Assembly: GCA_016932575.1 (NCBI GenBank) | Contig: JAFGCO010000059.1 | Location: forward strand, 2,975 to 66,974 | Direction of reading: 5' to 3' | DNA: 64,000 nucleotides | From: a bacterium | GTDB lineage: Bacteria; Zhuqueibacterota; QNDG01; JAFGCO01 | Shown: positions 59,601-64,000 of the stretch, one piece after another | Numbering within the stretch: position 1 is the first letter of the stretch | Layout: each line of letters opens with the position of its first letter | Program-made: the position numbers and the translations under genes | The notes under the pieces: model-generated | What the model saw: only the letters and a program-made list of their open reading frames with translations | Told to the model about the DNA's origin: nothing | Databases searched by the model: none

Positions 59601-60451
59601 TTGATTTAGCCACGCTTGATATCAGCGGCGGTGCGCTGACCCTGGTCTGCTGGTTTTATGCAGATGATTTTGGCAACGAAGATGCACGATTCGTCTCCAA
59701 AGCCACAGGCGTCTATGAAAATGACCATTACTGGATGCTGAGCACCACAGGCAGCAGCGGACAGTACAGGCTGCGGTTCCGGTTAAAAACGGAAGGGTCC
59801 ACCTCGACTCTGATCGCATCGTCCGGCAATCTGCCTCTCCAAACCTGGACGCACGCGGCTGCTGTTTATAACGGTTCTGAAATGATACTTTATATGAACG
59901 GCTCTGAAGTGGGATCCCTGGGAAAGACAGGCGCATTGAGTACGGATTCTGAAGTGTCCGCCTGGATCGGCAGTAATCCGCCGGCTGTGGGAAGCAATGC
60001 ATTCGACGGCAGGATCGACGAGGTCCGGATTTACAACCGCGCACTGTCAGAGACCGAGATTACGGCTTTGAGCACCTGCCCGGTCAAGGTCAATCTCAAA
60101 CTTTACCTGGAAGGCCCTTATCAGCCGGGTGAAGGCCAGATGTCCGCTTCCCTGAACACCGGAGAGCATTTGCCTTTGACATCGCCTTATCCGGAAAATC
60201 AGCGCTCTGTTTTATCCATACCCGGGACCATCGTGGACTGGGTGCTGGTTCAGCTTCGAACCGGTGAGGAGGGCCCGACGGTTGTATCCAAAAGCGTATT
60301 GCTTCGAATGGACGGATGTATTGTCTCTGACAACGGCACAACCGAATCCGTCACTTTGAATGTACCGGAGGGTTCTTATTATATCGTGGTCAATCACCGG
60401 AATCATCTGTCTGTGATGAGCGATGAGACAGTAGAATTAAGCGCTGATTGA
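56648..60451 (+). CDS. giant secreted FG-GAP/VCBS-repeat protein with chitobiase-C-like, Ig-like and LamG modules and the shared C-terminal domain
   Basis: More than 10 DxDxDGxxD FG-GAP-type loops are present (DINGDGMPDV, DMDNDGDLDI, DFDQDGKPDI and others). AIYYTTDGTDP marks the chitobiase-C-like module. The LamG-like module reads GNGHDGTL...VDFDGTDDYI...FDGRIDEVRIYNRALS. Confidence 0.8.
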   Translation: MKTRCFCVSVLIVFFNARTVIARGTLTFDHSEVADLCAQGKALGDINGDGMPDVIIAEGEFSPGAFAWYKYPNWEKYDIHAVAFSEMDYVPDCQVADMDNDGDLDIIVPNSHNSANKSLWWFENPLNDGGNPETDGFTRHVVWSASDSHIKDVSVADFDQDGKPDIVLRFTSKAAVFFQNSADNWTQVSWSIGGSEGMGTGDIDWDGDTDVITNGVFYQNPGNRVDSWTQKTIGSYAQSTACRVQAADINGDGHEEPVFSSSEYAGYAVSWYSAADPENGPWTEHVIGYVDYCHTLQTGDVDRDGDIDVVGGSMPSASTDEVVLFENTGNGNTWTRHTVDSKSTYIAKMADMGADGDLDIVGSRSYDVAPIDFFENQLDPVLPLDQWQYIQADNTRMAQAFGLDMDDVTGDDFLDIASGPYFYRNPGGNMTSAWTRMNLPNSVDAVLITDLDDDAFGDIVAQKTVDDALHFYWLEAGDAQGSSWTQMADIGSVPQASHTLGSQGHRMVQIESGGKYEIVVTSGNGLYYFEIPASPEAGSWPLTHVHSNPTDEGFGAGDIDGDGDQDLACGTGSTKRVEWYENPGDGSPSWTAYHIGDMTESVWTDRFAVADMNGDNKPDIIGTEENGASTGAETYWWEQPEDPTSGGWTRHLVVSQATTNSMDAADMDHDGDTDIILGEHRGTEKLSVWENDGTGSFTENGVDDGKESHLGAKTADLDSDGDPDIVSIAWDDYSYLHIWRNDAIQSGMQTVAAPDISPDGGSFTGSVSVTLSTATSGAAIYYTTDGTDPEDFSTEYSGAFTVSQSLTVKARAYKSGMNASSITSAAFTIEQDATPPEINSVSASGNPNRVQIGFNEDLDASTSETAANYTIDSGISVTLAELSVDKRNVFLATSILSPDITYTLTVNDVEDSHGNPISPDTQETFQYIPVNLGEGLAACYSLDEISGTAVHDQSGNGHDGTLHGGQWSSGHIDNAVDFDGTDDYIDLATLDISGGALTLVCWFYADDFGNEDARFVSKATGVYENDHYWMLSTTGSSGQYRLRFRLKTEGSTSTLIASSGNLPLQTWTHAAAVYNGSEMILYMNGSEVGSLGKTGALSTDSEVSAWIGSNPPAVGSNAFDGRIDEVRIYNRALSETEITALSTCPVKVNLKLYLEGPYQPGEGQMSASLNTGEHLPLTSPYPENQRSVLSIPGTIVDWVLVQLRTGEEGPTVVSKSVLLRMDGCIVSDNGTTESVTLNVPEGSYYIVVNHRNHLSVMSDETVELSAD
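60083..60448 (+). other. shared C-terminal domain, copy B (EGPY...DWVLVQLR...YYIVVNHRNHLSVMS)
   Basis: Last 122 aa of the FG-GAP/LamG protein. Confidence 0.8.
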
Positions 60452-60548
60452 GGAATTTTCTGTATCGGTCAGGTTTTTTTTTAAACAATGGAATTCTGGA
60501 TGGGGAATATGTTGTCCAAATTTAAATCATCGATATGAGAACGTCACA

Positions 60549-62843
60549 ATGATCCGATTATGCTGGTTCCAAATTTTCTTGTTTGGCATGGCAGTCACGA
60601 TTTACCCGCAAAGCGTGAAAACCATTGAACAGCCTGAAATCAATCCGGATTTTATAGAGTGGCTGGATAAAGATGCAGAAAGCCTTTCAGACGAAGGGCT
60701 AGGTCTGGGGTATCTGCCGCATCCCTGCCAATTGCATAGAGAATTGCCGGGGCCTCTCATGAGCCGGACATTCGGTCTGGAATCCCTGCCATCTGTTTTC
60801 GATCTGCGAATCACAGGGGACATCACCTCAGTCAAGAATCAGGGCAGCTGCGGTTCATGCTGGGCGTTTGCCACCATGTCGGCGGTTGAATCTCACTGGA
60901 AAATGAACGACCGGGGGATCTTTGATCTTTCAGAAGACAATCTGAATACCTGTCATCCGCCCTTTGTATGGCTCCCCTGTCAGGGAGGGAATGATTTAAT
61001 ATCACTGGCTTATTTTGCGAGGGGATCGGGTCCGATGTCTGAGAGCGACGATCCTTACAGTCCGAATCACAAAAAGGTGGACTGTCCATCCGGTTTATAC
61101 CCGGCGGGTTTTGTTACCTCGGGCTGGTTTATTCCCACAAACGATCCCGCGCTTATTAAAAGTCTCATTATGCAATACGGCGCGTTATTTACTTCGATGT
61201 ACTGGTCGTCCTCTTATTTTAATTATTCCAGCAAGACCTATTATTACAGCGGGACTGCTTCTCCCAACCATGGCGTCGCGCTTGCGGGCTGGGATGACAA
61301 CAAAATTACGGCCGGGGGCACCGGCGCCTGGATCGTGAAGAACAGCTGGGGAGCCGGCTGGGGGGAAGGCGGTTATTTTTATATTGCCTACCAGGACAGC
61401 CGGGTGAATTCGGATGTGACTTTGTTCAGCGGTTATATGGAAGAAGATCCGATGAATGCGGTTGATACCTATTCTGAATCGGGCTGGTCAGGCTATAATA
61501 TGGGATACGGCAGCAATGCGGCGGACGGTCTTGTGAAGTTTGTTGCTTCCGGAAACCTTCAATTAACAAAAATAGGAACATGGACCGGGTATCCCGGGGC
61601 TGTGGTCTCGATCGATATTTATGATGACTTTAACGGCACAGATTTATTGACCGGATTTTTGTGCTCCCTGTCTCCCCAGACGTGCACCTATGCGGGATAC
61701 CATACGTTTGAACTTCCCTCACCCGTCACTATTGCAGACGGGAACGATTATTATATTAAAATCCGATATGAAACAGCAGGGTACAATTATCCGGTGCCCA
61801 TTGAAGTGGTGATCGGCGGCTATTGCACTCCCTCCATCGAAACCGGTATATTCTGGTCAAAAACCACAGGATCCGCATACTGGAATTCAGAAGATTTAAG
61901 TGATAATGATCCGTGTGTCTATACATACACAAGTGCTGTTCTGGGCACAGTGGCAACGCCTTCGTTCGATCCGGAACCGGGAACCTACATGACTCCTCAA
62001 CTGGTGACGATTCAGTGTGTCACGCCTGATGCAGCCGTCTATTATACAACAAATGGCACGGATCCCACCGAAAGCGACAGCCTGTATGAAAATCCCGTTG
62101 TTGTCGATTCGACCCTGACATTAAAAGCCAGATCATTTAAGTCCCATTACCTTCCGAGCGAAACAGCTGCAGGCACATACACGATACCACCGCCGGTAAT
62201 CACAGTCACTTCACCCAACGGGGATGAAGAGTGGGAAACAGGGAGCCCTTACGATGTCCTGTGGACATCGACCGGAACCAGTGGAAATGTGCGCATTGAA
62301 TATTCTGCGAACAGCGGATCAGACTGGTCGGATGTGATATCGGGCACACCAGATGACGGCATCTATTCATGGATGGTCCCGGATACATCCTCGGGCAATT
62401 GCCTGGTGAGGATTTCCGATACAGAAGGAAGCCCGGTCGATACGAGCGATGGGGTGTTTACAATTTCAAACATTCCGTCGGTTCTGGTGCAAATCAAAAT
62501 CTGGATAGAAGGTCCTTATTCTTCGTCCGGAGACAGCATGACCACATCGCTTCAGACCGGAACCATCATTCCGAAAATATCTCCGTACAGCGACGGCCGT
62601 GAGGTGGACAGTATTCCGTCCGATATCACGGACTGGGTTTTTGTGGAGCTCAGAAGCACGGTAGAGGGTGACGCCGTGGTATCCGGATCGTTTTTCTTAA
62701 GGAAGGACGGATGGATCACAGAGATTGACGGTTTTAACACGAATCTGGAATTTGACAACGTTGAAGACGGACTGTATTATATTGTTGTCCGCCACCGCAA
62801 TCATCTCTCACTGATGAGCAGCGAACCGGTGCAGATGGAGTGA
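60549..62843 (+). CDS. secreted papain-family (C1) cysteine peptidase with chitobiase-C-like and beta-sandwich modules and the shared C-terminal domain
   Basis: Catalytic motifs are NQGSCGSCWAF (Cys), NHGVALAGWDD (His) and WIVKNSWGAGWGEGGYFYIAY (Asn). AVYYTTNGTDP marks the chitobiase-C-like module. Confidence 0.85.
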   Translation: MIRLCWFQIFLFGMAVTIYPQSVKTIEQPEINPDFIEWLDKDAESLSDEGLGLGYLPHPCQLHRELPGPLMSRTFGLESLPSVFDLRITGDITSVKNQGSCGSCWAFATMSAVESHWKMNDRGIFDLSEDNLNTCHPPFVWLPCQGGNDLISLAYFARGSGPMSESDDPYSPNHKKVDCPSGLYPAGFVTSGWFIPTNDPALIKSLIMQYGALFTSMYWSSSYFNYSSKTYYYSGTASPNHGVALAGWDDNKITAGGTGAWIVKNSWGAGWGEGGYFYIAYQDSRVNSDVTLFSGYMEEDPMNAVDTYSESGWSGYNMGYGSNAADGLVKFVASGNLQLTKIGTWTGYPGAVVSIDIYDDFNGTDLLTGFLCSLSPQTCTYAGYHTFELPSPVTIADGNDYYIKIRYETAGYNYPVPIEVVIGGYCTPSIETGIFWSKTTGSAYWNSEDLSDNDPCVYTYTSAVLGTVATPSFDPEPGTYMTPQLVTIQCVTPDAAVYYTTNGTDPTESDSLYENPVVVDSTLTLKARSFKSHYLPSETAAGTYTIPPPVITVTSPNGDEEWETGSPYDVLWTSTGTSGNVRIEYSANSGSDWSDVISGTPDDGIYSWMVPDTSSGNCLVRISDTEGSPVDTSDGVFTISNIPSVLVQIKIWIEGPYSSSGDSMTTSLQTGTIIPKISPYSDGREVDSIPSDITDWVFVELRSTVEGDAVVSGSFFLRKDGWITEIDGFNTNLEFDNVEDGLYYIVVRHRNHLSLMSSEPVQME
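62481..62840 (+). other. shared C-terminal domain, copy C (EGPY...DWVFVELR...YYIVVRHRNHLSLMS)
   Basis: Last 120 aa of the C1 peptidase. Confidence 0.8.
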
Positions 62844-63017
62844 GGGAAAAGAAAGAAACGGAGCATGGGAGAGACGGAGAAACGGAGTAAAAGAATCAAG
62901 AAACAGGAAACAAGAAATAATAATTAAAGACAAAGAGAATGTACGGATGGGTGGTGAAAAAATTCCAAATAACAAAATCCAAATAAATTCCAAATTCAAA
63001 TAATCAAAATCAAAAAT
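62844..63017 (+). repeat. intergenic repeat element, copy 3 (truncated, lacks the A/C-rich arm)
   Basis: Starts directly after the TGA of the protease gene. Its reverse complement matches copy 1 over gttatttggaattttttcacc (21/21), tccRtacattYtctttgtctt and ttcttgattctttt..ctccgtt...cccatgctccg. Confidence 0.75.
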
Positions 63018-63386
63018 GAAGATTAAGAAATGAAAGTCGGATTGATGAATATAAATGGCTGTTTGTTGCCATTCTGAGCGGAGCGAAGAATCTTATCCTG
63101 CGATTCGATGAGTTACAAAATAGCCTGCATTAAATCATGTCAGAGCATGATGTCATTGAGTTTATCAATCGCCACTCTATAAAACCATATATTGCTTCCA
63201 TTAAATTCTCATTGCTTTTCATTTAAATAATTTTTATATATACAATAATTATATAATCGATCTTATTCCTTGATTATTTTTCCTTATGTAATATGTGGTG
63301 GATCAAGAAAGATGTGCCATGATATACATACTTATCCTCGTTTAAAGCAAGAAGAAAAAAAACAGATTGATTTCCGGAGGTTTTTT

Positions 63387-64000
63387 ATGAATCAAAAGAT
63401 AAAATATTTGTGTTTGCCGATGTCTTTACTGTTTTGCCTGACACACATTTTCGCGCAGGGCGGCAATGATTTGGTTAAAAGTAAAGAGGCAACGGATGTT
63501 GAAAGACTTTGTGAATTATACAATCAATCAATCGAAGAAGAATTTAAAACGGGCAGTCCGGGCGATTCCGCGAAATACACGAAAATTGAACAATTTCAAT
63601 TACAGGAAAAATGGGGGTATTATACAGCAAAAGGCAGACTGTTTCAATCGAAGACTCAGGCGCAATTATCAAGAATGGGCAGTACTTTCATTGAGTATAC
63701 CCTGTTTTCATTGGGTGTCGGTGGTGTGGCCTGTCTTTTTTCAAAAAACAAAGGTGAGACATTCAAAAACTGGTCAATTGGAACGTTTTGTATTGCTTAT
63801 CCCATTGATTTAATTGTCTTTAATGTATCGCCCATCAGGAAAGTGAAAATCATCAGGTATCAGGGGAAATGGCAGGATCCCCACGCTTCCGGATTTGAAT
63901 ATTATCATGATTACTGGTACCGGTCAAATGATCTGGATTATTTAATGGACTGGCAAAACGTTCGAAAAAGCAATGATATTGAGGAATGGAGACATTTTTT
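63387..64000 (+). CDS. hypothetical exported protein, 3'-partial (open to the window end, not in the ORF track)
   Basis: GGAGG lies 7 nt before the ATG at 63387. The signal-peptide-like N-terminus is MNQKIKYLCLPMSLLFCLTHIFAQG. My manual translation shows no stop codon through position 64000. Confidence 0.5.
   Translation, partial: MNQKIKYLCLPMSLLFCLTHIFAQGGNDLVKSKEATDVERLCELYNQSIEEEFKTGSPGDSAKYTKIEQFQLQEKWGYYTAKGRLFQSKTQAQLSRMGSTFIEYTLFSLGVGGVACLFSKNKGETFKNWSIGTFCIAYPIDLIVFNVSPIRKVKIIRYQGKWQDPHASGFEYYHDYWYRSNDLDYLMDWQNVRKSNDIEEWRHF

Noticed and set aside
63466-63813. The 115-aa ORF from the track.
   Set aside because: It lies out of frame within the longer RBS-preceded, signal-peptide-bearing ORF that starts at 63387.

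Overview
This is a densely coding 64-kb chromosomal segment with about 45 genes and no rRNA, tRNA, CRISPR array, transposase or integrase that I can see. It comes from a Gram-negative bacterium, most likely an uncultivated member of the FCB superphylum. The evidence for that placement is several secreted proteins ending in the T9SS type A tail (NYPNPFNP...), a DUF4835/PorD-like gene, and a CarboxypepD_reg TonB-dependent receptor. Many genes nevertheless carry canonical AAGGAG/GGAGG Shine-Dalgarno sites, which argues against Bacteroidia proper. Housekeeping content includes hpt, DUF1015-serA-serC, purSL-purQ, a dGTPase-like HD protein and a beta-CASP RNase. Envelope and secretome content includes alpha-2-macroglobulin plus PBP1C, MacAB-like efflux parts, GH5, GH130, TPR lipoproteins and a TonB-receptor operon. 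Four observations stand out. (1) Three neighbouring large secreted proteins (a penta-haem cytochrome c, an FG-GAP/LamG giant and a papain-like C1 protease) share a roughly 120-aa extreme C-terminal domain (EGPY...DWVxVxLR...YYIVxxHRNHLSxMS). I cannot assign it to a known sorting domain, and it is mutually exclusive with the type A tail used by other cargo in the window. (2) A tightly coupled minus-strand module encodes a membrane GT2, a radical SAM/SPASM protein, a 2x[4Fe-4S] ferredoxin and a geranylgeranyl-reductase-family flavoprotein, with GTGA and ATGA start/stop overlaps. (3) A 170-330 bp intergenic repeat family occurs three times, always directly 3' of a gene and in the same relative orientation. 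It has a GA-rich conserved core and heptad-periodic A/C-rich and T/G-rich arms. (4) A small patch of gene decay contains a C10 protease remnant and a frameshifted T9SS cargo gene. All family assignments rest on motifs read by eye, and no database search was possible.
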